Shown here: piece after piece, positions 52,923 through 64,000 of the stretch
Layout: each line of letters begins with the position of its first letter
Position numbering within the stretch: position 1 is the first letter of the stretch
DNA from: Octopus vulgaris
Taxonomy: Eukaryota
Assembly (NCBI GenBank): GCA_951406725.2
Contig: OX597821.1
Location: 77,562,001-77,626,000 of the forward strand
Length of the DNA: 64,000 nt
Direction: 5' to 3'
The notes under the pieces: model-generated
Told to the model about the DNA's origin: nothing
Database searches by the model: none
Seen by the model: only the letters and a program-made list of their open reading frames with translations
Translations under genes and position numbers: made by a program

Positions 52923-53057
52923 GTAAGAAGTTTGCTTCCCAGCCATATGGTTCTGGGTTCAAGTCTTGTGAGTGAATCTGGCAGACGGAAGCTGAAAGAA
53001 GCCTGCCGTGTGTGAGTGTGTGTGTGTATATATATATATATATAAATGTATGTATGT

Positions 53058-53607
53058 ATGTAAAAGCACCGTCCGTTCGTGGCCGTTTGCCAGCTCTGTC
53101 TGGCACCGTGTCGGTGGCACGTAAAAGCACCATCCATTCGTGTCCGTTGCCAGCCTTGGCTGGCCCCCGTGCTGGTGACATGTAAAAGCACTGTCTGTTC
53201 ATGGCCGTTTGCCAGCTCTGTCTGGCCCCGTGTCGGTGACATGTAAAAGCACCGTCCGTTCGTGGCCGTTTGCCAGCTTTGTCTGGCCCCGTGTCGGTGG
53301 CACGTAAAAGCACCATCCGTTCGTGTCTGTTGCCAGCATCGCCTGGCCCCGTGCCGGTGACACGTAAAAGCACCATCCGTTCGTGGCCGTTGTGCCAGCT
53401 CTGTCTTGCACCTGTGCAGGTGGCACGTAAAAAACACCCACTACACTCGCGGAGTGGTTGGCGTTAGGAAGGGCATCCAGCCGTAGAAACACTGCCAAAT
53501 CTGACTGGGCCTGATGAAGCCTTCCGGCTTCACAGACCCCAGTTAAACCATCCAACCCATGCTAGCATGGAAAACGGACACTAAATGATGATGATGATGA
53601 TGATGAT
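53058..53607 (+). repeat. RTE-type 3' module with ~61-bp tandem array (about 6 units)
   Basis: GCAC anchor at 53066, 53127, 53188, 53249, 53310 and 53370. Same subfamily as 6890-7283 and 10655-11210. Confidence 0.88.
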
Positions 53608-53822
53608 ATATATAACGGGAAGCTTTATGAAAATAAACAAAAGACGAAGGCAGGTGGAGTACAAACAAACAATTGTATTAGTATGGTGCTTAGGAATATA
53701 AATAAAACAAGTCTTTCACGTTTCGAGTCTATGCTCTTCAACAGAAAGATACACAGAAAAGAAACATGGAGAGAAAAAAGGAGAGAAAAAAAATGCGTGC
53801 AGAAGCTAGCGATTCAACATGG

Positions 53823-53859
<37 letters not shown>

Positions 53860-56708
53860 TAGATAGATAGATAGATAGATATATATGTATATGTGTATAT
53901 ATATATATATGTATATAGTGTGTGTGTGTGCGTGCGTGCATTTGTTTGCCCCCCCCCACCGCTTGATAACTGGTGTTGGTGTGTTTACGTCCCTTTAACT
54001 AACCACTTCAGCAAAAGACACCAATATAATAAGCACCAGGCTTTAAAAAAAAAGAAATATCGAGGTTGAGTCATTAAACTAAAAAACCCTTCAAAAGGAA
54101 GGGTCCTAGCATGGCCACAGTCCAATGACTGAAACAAGTACAAGATAAAAGATATACAGGGTGAGGTGAACAATGAGAATTACTTCTTTATTCCAAACAT
54201 GTTCCAGCAGATTCAACTCTGAATTTGTTTAATGTCATTACATCTCAGAAGAACAGTCCCTTTATGATGAATGTGTGTTCATAACACTGTTGATTCTGTT
54301 GTGTAAGAGATTCTGCGAAAGCCAGGGTTTTGACATCATTGTGTCTTATTAACCAAAGGCACCCCCAAACTAATGAATCTCACAAAAGTTAGAGGCTCTT
54401 GCTTAAATTTATTTTGCAAATAAACTATTTACTGTTCCATATTGATATCTATCAACAAATATTTATTTCGTTATTGCCCACAGGGGCTAAACATAGAAGG
54501 GACAAACAAGGACAGACAATGGGATTAAGCCAATTACATCGACCCCAATGTGTAACTGGTACCTATTTAATCAACCCCGAAAGGATGAAGGGCAAAATCA
54601 ACCTCAATGGAATTTGAACTCAGAACATAGCGGCAGACGAAATACTAATTTCTTTATTGCCCACCAGAGTACCGCGTAATTGGCACCAATGCTAGTGGCA
54701 TGTAAAAAGCACCATTTGAGTGTAATCGAGGCCAGTGCCGCCTGACTGGCTCCTGTGTCGGTGGCATGTTAAAATCACCATTCAAGCATGATTGTTGCCA
54801 GTACTGCCTGACTGTCTCCCGTGCCGGTGGCATGTAAAAAGCACTATTCGAGCGTGGTTGATGCCATCGCAGGCTGACTGGCTTCCGTGCTGGTGGCATG
54901 TAAAAATCACCATCAAAGCGTGGTCATTGCCAGTGCTGCCTGATTGGCCCTTGTGCCAGTAGCATGTAAGAAGCACCCACTACACTCTCAGAGTGGTTGG
55001 CGTTAGGAAGGGCGTTAGGAAGTGCACCCTTCTGGCTTGCCACCCCTGAGTCAAACCATCCAACCCATGCTAGCATGGAAAGCAGGAATTAAACAGCTAT
55101 GATGCTGATGATGATTCTGGTATGCTAACAATTCTGTCAACTTCCTGCCTTATTCCCAGTGAATAAGATTAAAAATTAAATATTATTTTTCCATGAAATA
55201 GCTTTAGATTTTTAAAAAGCATCACAGTTTTAGTGAAAACTAATGATTTTTTCAAATACTATTAACTAGAAAAATTTTAAATAAATAGGAAAAAAATATG
55301 CATTATTTTAAAGAATATTATTTTGCAAAGAGATTGACATAAAGCTTAGTGTTTAAGCTACTAGGAAGCAGAAAATATGTATAAATACATATATATATGT
55401 GTGTGTATGTGTGTGTGTATGTGTGGGTGTTGATAATAAAATATTAGATGCTTAAGCTGATAGCAATGGGTGGTGCCTAACTACATGCATTCCATTCATA
55501 ATATTACCAAGGCTATTACAAGGGAAAAATCTGCTTAAAGTCTTAAAAGTTTGCTAGAAATTGAACTCAATAAATCCTACCTAAATAACTAAATACCAGT
55601 CTTTTGTCACCGATGGAGACAAGAGACATTATTAACGTACTAATTTCATCTGATTAGAAACAAATGTGGCCTGATTTGGTGACAATTAAGAATGTGGCAT
55701 GATACAGTGACGACCAATCTCTTTGCATAGTGAGAGGTATTTAAGAGGTATTTAGCGGATCAAAATAAGTGGAAATAAAATTAGATTATCAATTGTTTGA
55801 ATTGGCCTGAAATCATTGAAGATATTAAGATAAAATTAACGGATTAATTATTCATACACTAAAACGACTTAATGTTATTAATGTAACTGTTGTTGTTGTT
55901 GTTGTTATTATTGTTGTTGCTGCATTTGTATTTTTGCTGATTTTGTTGTCAGCTTCCGCATAAGTTTTTTTTTTTTTTTTTTTTTTTAGCAAGGGTGGAG
56001 GCAAAAAAAGAAATATACAAAATATCAAAACAAAAACAAAACAAAATGCAACAATATGCAATAGGATGTTTGAGCTTGCAGAAAGCCGAGGAAATTGGGA
56101 GATATTCAACTGTTTCTAACAATTAAGTCGCCCTCTTTTCAGCTGTGTTGCACCCTGCACACTAAAACTATGACAGATACTACAATGCGGGTGGATAGAG
56201 GGTGGGTGGGTGGTGGCCATAGTTGCAGTAAACGACCTGTTAGAATGCTTGCTAGATTTCAAAAATACTTGCTTTCAAATGTTATGACATTTGGGTTTAT
56301 ACATACATACACATTCTTTTACTCTTCTGTCTGTTTCAATCATTTGGCTGAGGCCATGCTGGAGCGCCACCTTTAGTAGAACAAATCGACTACGGGACTT
56401 ATTCTTTGTAAGCCTAGTACTTATTCTGTCGGTCCCTTTTTGCCAAACCGTTAAGTTATGACATTGTAAATACACCTACATTGGTTGTAAAGTAGGCGGG
56501 TGGGGGGACAAGTACAGACACACAAACATATATACTGCGTGACAACTGATGGTTGGTGGTGTGTCTATGTCCCTGTAACTTAGCGGTTCGGCAAAAGAGT
56601 CCGATAGAATAAGTACTAGGCTTACAAAGAATAAGTCCTGAAGTCAATTTGTTCAACTAAAGGCGATGCTCCAGCATAGCCGCAGTCAAATGACTGAAAC
56701 AAATAAAA

Positions 56709-56760
<52 letters not shown>

Positions 56761-56843
56761 TTTATTTAAAGCAGCAGAAAATTCAACAAAATCTGTTACT
56801 CTGAGTTTCTCGTTGCCGTTCATCAGACAGTTTTTGCTAGAAT

Positions 56844-56895
56844 GCAAAAACTGTCTGATGAACGGCAACGAGAAACTCAGAGTAACAGATTTTGT
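56844..56895 (+). ncRNA. Minimal type I hammerhead ribozyme motif (identical copy on minus at 56786-56837)
   Basis: CUGAUGA at 56855-61. Stem II CG-GCAA-CG. GAAA at 56872-75. Stem III ACU/AGU. GUA triplet ending 56884. Stem I GCAAAAACUGU/ACAGAUUUUGU, 10 of 11 paired. Confidence 0.75.
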
Positions 56896-56990
56896 TGAAT
56901 TTTCTGCTGCTTTAAATAAAGCATATTACTCTACCACTGGTATTTGAGTACTCTTTTTTCCACCTTGTTTCACATTTATGTGTTTACTCC

Positions 56991-57034
<44 letters not shown>

Positions 57035-58123
57035 CTGTCCATTTGGCTGGCATATATCCATTCTGTTGCAATTGTTTGAACTGAGTCTGCAGCTTGCAGA
57101 CAATTCAGCCTCTTGATTTGCAGTCTGCTCCTGCAGTTTCTCTCCCCACATGCTTCTTTTAGTTTCCATTTACCTAATCCAATCAGAAGGCTTTAGTCAG
57201 CCCAAGGCTCTAGTAGAAGACACTTGCCCAAGGTGCCACAGTGGGACTGAACCCGGAACCATGTGGTTAGGAAGCAAGCTTCTTATCACACAGCCATATC
57301 TGCGCCTATGTGTATGAATGTTTGTTTATATATATATACATATCCTATGAGTAAAGACCTTTGGGCTTTACTCATAGGATATTGGAATATTGCATATATA
57401 CCATTATGCCTAAAAAATGGGTTTACAGCTTCAATGCCCATACATATCTTGCATCTATTTTCTTTCCTCTACCTCACTCTCTATTTTCTATCACAACAAA
57501 ACTAACTATGACTTAACCATCCTCTCACACCGTCACCAATGAAAAGATATGATTAATAAATATCCTAGAAACAGCTGTAAGACCATCTATCTATAAATTC
57601 TCTAATATCTACGCAGCTTTGGGTTTTTTTTATCTTATTACGCAAAAAATTCTTATATATATATATATATATATGTTCAGTAAAAATTTAGATTCAGTTG
57701 AATATGGTACTTAAGTTAAAGGCACCAGAATTTGGTATGGGACTATCCATATCAATCAAATGGGGTGATTATAATCAAAATAAGCAACAAGGATATCCAT
57801 GCTACTTCATTTAATTAAACAATGCAAGTATTACATCAGTTTTAAAATGTAGAGCAATCTTCAGCTGTATATGGAATTTTTTTAGTTAAATTGACAAGAT
57901 TCATTTATATACTAATTCCATTTGCCAACATTACAAAGAGGGTAGGTATATAGACAGAGAGGTAAATCCCATCAACAGAAACATGGTAGTAAATGATATT
58001 TACTCATGGATACATTTCTTATCACTCTGATGTAATACTTACATTGTTTAATTAAATGAAGTAGCATGAAACAATTGTACTGCACTACCTTTGGATATCC
58101 TTGTTGCTTATTTTGCGTATATA

Positions 58124-58175
<52 letters not shown>

Positions 58176-59609
58176 TATATTAGAAGGTTTGGAGGTGATG
58201 TACAGGTATTATATATTAGAAAAAATAAGGTACTCAGAAATCTGGATGGTTGTACATTTACAGATTTTTATTAATATGTCACATGAGTATATATACATAT
58301 GTCTTTTTACTTGTTTCAAGTCAGTAGACTGTGGCCATGCTGAGGCACCACCTTCAAGAATTATAGCTGAACGAATCAATCCTAGGACTTATTCTTTTTA
58401 AGCCTGGTGTGTATTCTCTTGGTATCTTTTGCCAAACTGCTAAGTTACTGGGGACAGAAACTCACCAACACTGGTTGTCAAGTGGTGGTGGTGGTGGGGA
58501 GATAAACACAGACACAAAGATGCAAGTTCACTTCCTGCTGGGATTAACTTTGCCTTCCATCCATCTACAGAATAAAAAAACCCACTGAATATTACACCTC
58601 TCTCTCTCTCACTCCACTCCCTTTCTCTGGTAACAGGATTTCCTGTTACAAATGACAATACATTTCGTTTTGGGATTTGGTTTGCAAGATTCTTTATGTG
58701 AGTTCGTGTGTTGAAGCATATTCTGTTGTGTCTGGGGAGAGTCATTTTCTTTTTGTGCCTTATGTAACACACTCACCGGTAAACTTTCCACTTTTTTCTT
58801 ATTTTTATTTTCCTAAAATTTTCATTGCGTCTTGCAACCTTTTCAAAACTATTGAAAAGGTTGCAAGCTGTACGGCAGGTTGTTCCCTAATTCCTGGTAA
58901 AGTGGATTGTATCTTGGTACTGTTTTTACCACAGATGGTGCCTAACTGACCCTACTATACTGTGTATTTGACAAAATCAAAAACAAACAATGCACATGCA
59001 CAAAATTAAAAATACCAGCTGGCGAAAATTTACCCATCACACATAACTTCTTTTGGCTTCTATTTATTACATACATTCCCAAGGCTTTGGTCAGCCTCAG
59101 GCCATAATTGAAGACACCTACATAACACTGAATCAAAATCCATGTGGATGGGAATCAAACTTCTTGATCACACAGCCATGTCTGCACTTATAAACAGCAT
59201 TCAGGAATTGACCTGTCTATTGTTTTGCATGCCTTGGTTAATCTGCTTTTTAATACACATTCCACTGACAGAGGTTCTTATTGTTAACAGTATTTTAGTT
59301 CTCATTGGATGATGTCATCTATGAATATGTCATGCCATGTCCTGTTTAGCTACCTTTACATTTCACACCAACAAATGACTCTGCACGAAAATGTGAATGT
59401 GCTAATGTGGATGTGTAAATGAAAACATTAAAAATGTTTTCACAGTTGGATAATTATAGTTTGCTAAAAATAAAATATTAAACATCATTTTCAAATAAGG
59501 AATTATCGAAAACCGGAAATCATTTAAGATTTGTAGTTAAATCAAGGGCCAGAGCAGGTTTCACAGATATTAAATGAACAACTCAGGACTATAAATCAAG
59601 TTCACAAGC

Positions 59610-60710
59610 CCGGATGCCTGTGTGCACAGAGCAGTGAAACATGAGCTGTGACTGCAGAGGACATGCAAAGTCTTGAAAGACGTGAAGCTAGCATGCTTCA
59701 CTGAATGTGCAATGTCAGTGTGCATGTACAACAAAGTGTAAAAATGTTTTGAGAGAAACATTGGATATAAAGAAGCATCGGATATATTGTGAAAAAGAGA
59801 AGACTGTGCTGGTATGGTCATGTGATTTATATGGATAAAGACAGCTGCATGAAGAAGAGCTCATCTCTGAGTGTGGAGGGAATTTGTAGAAGAGGGAGAC
59901 CAGGAAGACATGAGATGAAATGGTGGAAAATGACCTTTAGAAATGGTCTTAGAGAAGAGATGGCAAAGGGCTGAGACAATTAGCAATTTGCTGTGCTTAA
60001 GAAGACTCTGATCAGCTAAGTAAAACCAAAGCCATAAAGAGATGTCCTTTATGTCCCTGACAAACCTCTCTTCCACATCCCATCTTCAAACCAACACCTA
60101 GCCCCTTCTCTCCACTTGTGCTCAACATACATTGCATTCCTCTCCCCTCTATCTCCCCCCCCCCATCTCAAACCTACCTGCACTTAATATGTTCCTGTTG
60201 AATCTCTTCCCCCACAACATATCCTACTACTACCCCCTTCCCCTCTACTTGTGCCCACTCACTACATTCCCCTTTCTCTCCATCTTCCACCTTCCTTTTA
60301 CAATCTTGAAAACTCACCCTTTCCAATCCTTGGTCCATTTTACACTATACACCCCACTGTAACTTAGACATATGCCCCATCACATCTTCACCATCCTACC
60401 TCTCTCTCTCTCTCCACTTGAGATAGCCATGTTTCCTCTCTGATGCAAGACTGCCTTTTTTCTGTCCCTCTATATAACTTTCCACCTCAGACAAGGAGGT
60501 CTATTTGTCTTGCAAGTTACTTGGTTACATCATAGCTGCTGGTACTGCATAAGAAGCATCCAGTACACTCTGTAAAGTGGTTGGCATTAGGAAAGGCATC
60601 CAGCCATAGAAACCCTGCTGATATAGCTCTCTCCTGCTTGCCACTTCCTGTCAAACCGTCCAACCCGTGCCAGCATGAAAAACAAACGTTAAATGATGAT
60701 GCTGATGGTC
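59610..60710 (+). mobile_element. RTE LINE 3' fragment, old
   Basis: RRLCWYGHV...GICRRGRP, a pyrimidine-rich segment, then the shared tail block. Confidence 0.7.
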
Positions 60711-61214
60711 ATCATTAGGGTCATCAGGTGAATTAATTCATTTGGCAATGAAGTGGCAAAGTCAGTTGAGCATCTGATTAGAATGCCTTGTATTAGTTCC
60801 AGTTCTTTGTGTTCTGAGTTCAAATCCCACTAAGGTCAACTTTGCTTTTCATCCCTCATTGGTCATAAATGAAGTAACAGTAAGATACTCGAGTTGTTTC
60901 TCTCTCTCTTTCCTTCATAATTAATTATGCTGTGAAAGAAACATGGAGAATCACTCAGTGCTAACTTTTATCAAGAAATGGAGACAAGTCAAACCAGAAA
61001 TTAGTAATTGGTTCTCATCTAACTTGCTGCAAAAACTTTCCAAAGAAACTAAGAAATATGGTGAGAGTAGAGAAATAATGGTGTTGTGTGATGTGGAATA
61101 ATAAAAAACAAAAAAAAATCATCATTTTGGTATAAATACACATCAAAACAGTCAAGGAAAGATTCAAAACAACATTATGTGATATTTAACTATTTTGTAT
61201 CTGAAATAATATTT

Positions 61215-62414
61215 ATTTGATACAGAGTTGGTCCTCTTTTAGCTTTCTGAACAGCTTCGATGCATCTAGGAATTGATTCATATAGCTTCCTGACTTCATT
61301 GAGAGGAATCTTGAGCCATTCTTCCAGCAAAACCTGCTCCAGCTGTTGCAGACACGACGGTGAAGGGTAACAACTTCTAACTTGTCACTCCAAGATACAC
61401 CACAGATGCTCAATAATATTAAGATCTGGAGATTGAGAGGGGCCACTCCATGTGTTGTAGCTCACTACTATGGTCTTTATACCAATTCTTAAACACATGA
61501 GAGATGTGTATTGGAGCATTGTCATCTTGGAAGCTGCACTCACCTTCAGGGAATAATGTCTGGACCATGGAAGGATTGATTTCCCAAAATCTTCAGATAA
61601 TCATTGCTGTTGATCCTACCATGCAGGGCAATGACTGGACCAAGAGAATTCCAAGAAATGGCTGCCCAAACCATCACAGACCTTCCCCCATGAAGAAGGC
61701 AGTCAGGATTAAAAGCTTCCCTGGGCTGCCTCCACACATAAACTTGCCCTGCAGTGGGGAAAAGAGAGAAACTGGACTCATCGGAGAATATTACTTGCTT
61801 TCATTAGTCTGTCAACCCAGCCCTTGTGATCTCTACACCAGTGCAACCATTTTTTAATGTTTTGATGAGAAAGTAGAGGTTTCCTGATGACAGCTCTTCC
61901 ATGATATCCAGCTCACAGCAAACAGTTTGGGTTGAACCTGGGCAAGTCAGATGTTGATTCAACTCTGTATTCACATTAGGGGCAGTTGTCTGGTGATTTT
62001 TCATAACAATGTGATTCAACACTCGTTGGTCTCTTTCAGTGAGCTTCGAAGTCCTGCTGGACTTACTCCTCCTGCTGGAGGTTTTGCCTTGCTTCTCAAA
62101 TTTGGTCATGGTCCTTGATATGGTAAGCTCTCAAAAAACCAAGGATTTCAGCTGTTCTGATAACGGAAGCTCCTGCCATTCGAGCTCCAACAATTTGCCC
62201 TTTTTCAAACTCAGTGACATCATGCATCTTAGCTTAATTTATATTATGATCTGAAAAAGAGATACAAATAATCATTAAATTAGATAAATAAAACCATCTA
62301 AAATACAAAAAAAAAACACTCACAATCAAATTTGGATGAATATTCGTGATATAAAGGCTCATTGAAATATTAGGGTTAAATTTCTACTGTTCCAATTATT
62401 TTGTCCAACCCCTG
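61215..62414 (-). mobile_element. Tc1-family transposon, decayed
   Basis: TIR-like CAGGGGTTGGACAAAATAATTGGAACA from 62414. HTH region KLTERDQRVL. Catalytic motifs FSDES, HGGRSVMVW, FQDDNAPIH, WPSQSPDLNIIEHLW. Frameshifted; second TIR not seen. Confidence 0.9.
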
Positions 62415-62432
62415 AAAAAATATATATATATA

Positions 62433-62660
62433 CAGTAATCCCTCAACTATCGTGGGTGTTAAGTTCCAAACCAGCCCCCCCCCCTTTGTAGGTGAAAATC
62501 TGCAAAGTAGAAACAGTACTGTACTGTATATATTTTTTTAATTATTTTTATAATTTTTTTATATTCATTTTATTATAAATGCAAAACAACACCACACACG
62601 AATTGACGTAAGCTTAAATAAACCACAATAGGTGAACGGCGATATGGTGAGGCATTACTG
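62433..62660. mobile_element. pogo/Tigger-like MITE; further copies at 42416-42638 and 52215-52436
   Basis: TA|CAGTAATCCCTC ... GAGGCATTACTG|TA. Three similar copies of about 225 bp. Confidence 0.8.
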
Positions 62661-62685
62661 TATATACATACATACATATATATAG

Positions 62686-62994
62686 GAGCATTCTGTCAGT
62701 TATGACAACGAGGGTCCTAGCTGATCCGATCAACGGAACAGTCTGCTCATGAAATTAACATGCAAGTGACTGAGCAATCCACAGACACGCGTACCCCTAA
62801 TGTAGTTCTCAGCGCGACACAATGTGTGACAAGGCCAGCCCTTTGAAATACAGGTACAACTCATTTTTGCCAGCTGTACTGGAGCAATGTGAAATAAAGT
62901 GTCTTGCTCAAGGGCACAACGCATCGCCGGGAATCGAACTCATGACCTTACAATCGTGAATCAAAAGCCCTAACCACTAAGCCATGTGTCTTCA
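62686..62994 (-). mobile_element. tRNA-derived SINE family 3
   Basis: TGGCTTAGTGGTTAG A box, GAGTTCGATTCCC B box, then CCCTTGAGCAAGACACTT. Copies at 6345-6648(-), 43706-43998(+) and 46100-46422(-). Confidence 0.8.
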
Positions 62995-64000
62995 CATATA
63001 TATATCGACATGTGTCTTTGTGTCTGTGTTTGTCCCCAGCCACTGCTTAACAATAGGCATTGGTGTATTTAAGTCTCTAACTTAGCAGGTTGGCAAAAGT
63101 AACTGATAGAATAAATAGCAGGCTTAAAAACAAATTACTGGGGTCAAAAAGCACGTAAAAACCACCATCCGAACGTGGTTGATGCCAAATCAGATTGGAG
63201 CCTGGTGAGGCCTCCTGGCTTGCCAGTCTCCAGTCAACCCGTCCAACCCATGCCAGCATGGAAAACGGACGTTAAATGATGATGATGATTATGCCAGTCT
63301 AGTGACAGAAACTAGTTCAAAATATTCAGTGCATGACATGCAAAAATTGTTTGATAAATGTTTACAGATATCACATATATATTTAGAAAATTGCACTGTT
63401 CTAGATTGTACAAATAACTGTGAATATAATTAAAATAAATATTTTCGTGATCTAGTGTAGTTTTTAGAAATAGATTTCCAAAGTGTTATACTTCAGTTAT
63501 TTCTTTTTTTATTTCTTCTTTTTTACTGAGCATGTTTTGGAGTTTGGTCACAGGGCCACTGCCATCAAGTTTTTAGTCACTCATATCACTCTCAGTAATT
63601 TCATTAATCATCATCATCATTGTTCAACGTCTGTCTTCCATGTTGGCATGGGTTCAATGGTTTGACTGGGGACTGGCAACCCAGGAGGCCACACCAGGCT
63701 CCAATCCAATCTAGCAAGGTTTCTACAGCTGGATGCCCTTCCTAACGCCAACTCCTCCAATAGGGTAGTGGGTGCTATTTACATGCCACCGGCATGGGAG
63801 CCAGTCAGGTGGCACTGGCATCAGCCACCTTCAGATGGCTGTTTTATGTGCCACCAGCACAGGACCCAGTCACACAGCTCTGGCAATGACCCACGCATGC
63901 ATGGTGCTTATTATATGCCACCAGTATGGGAGCCAGTCAGGCAGCACTGGCATCGGCCACAAATACAATTCCATTTGATTGTGGTTTTTAACAGGTCATG

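Overview
Repeat-dense, AT-rich eukaryotic DNA; the SINE, RTE and microsatellite landscape strongly suggests an octopus (inference). One host gene is supported: HTATSF1/Tat-SF1 on the minus strand, with five GT-AG coding exons in consistent phase (21874 down to 12147). Its later exons were not found and presumably lie left of base 1. A CpG-rich candidate promoter lies at about 29.3-30.2 kb. The rest is mostly mobile DNA: a young 5'-truncated CR1-type LINE, many RTE 3' ends carrying 61-66 bp tandem arrays, three tRNA-derived SINE families, Tc1, mariner and hAT relics, and pogo-like and piggyBac-like MITEs. The most notable unexplained structure is a set of fold-back elements carrying minimal type I hammerhead ribozyme motifs in a Penelope-like inverted-repeat layout. 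These include a perfect 78-bp palindrome encoding a hammerhead on both strands (56760-56921) and two copies of a tRNA-headed, hammerhead-tailed SINE-like element (27892-29095, 48157-48801). All calls were made by eye; no searches or folding programs were run.
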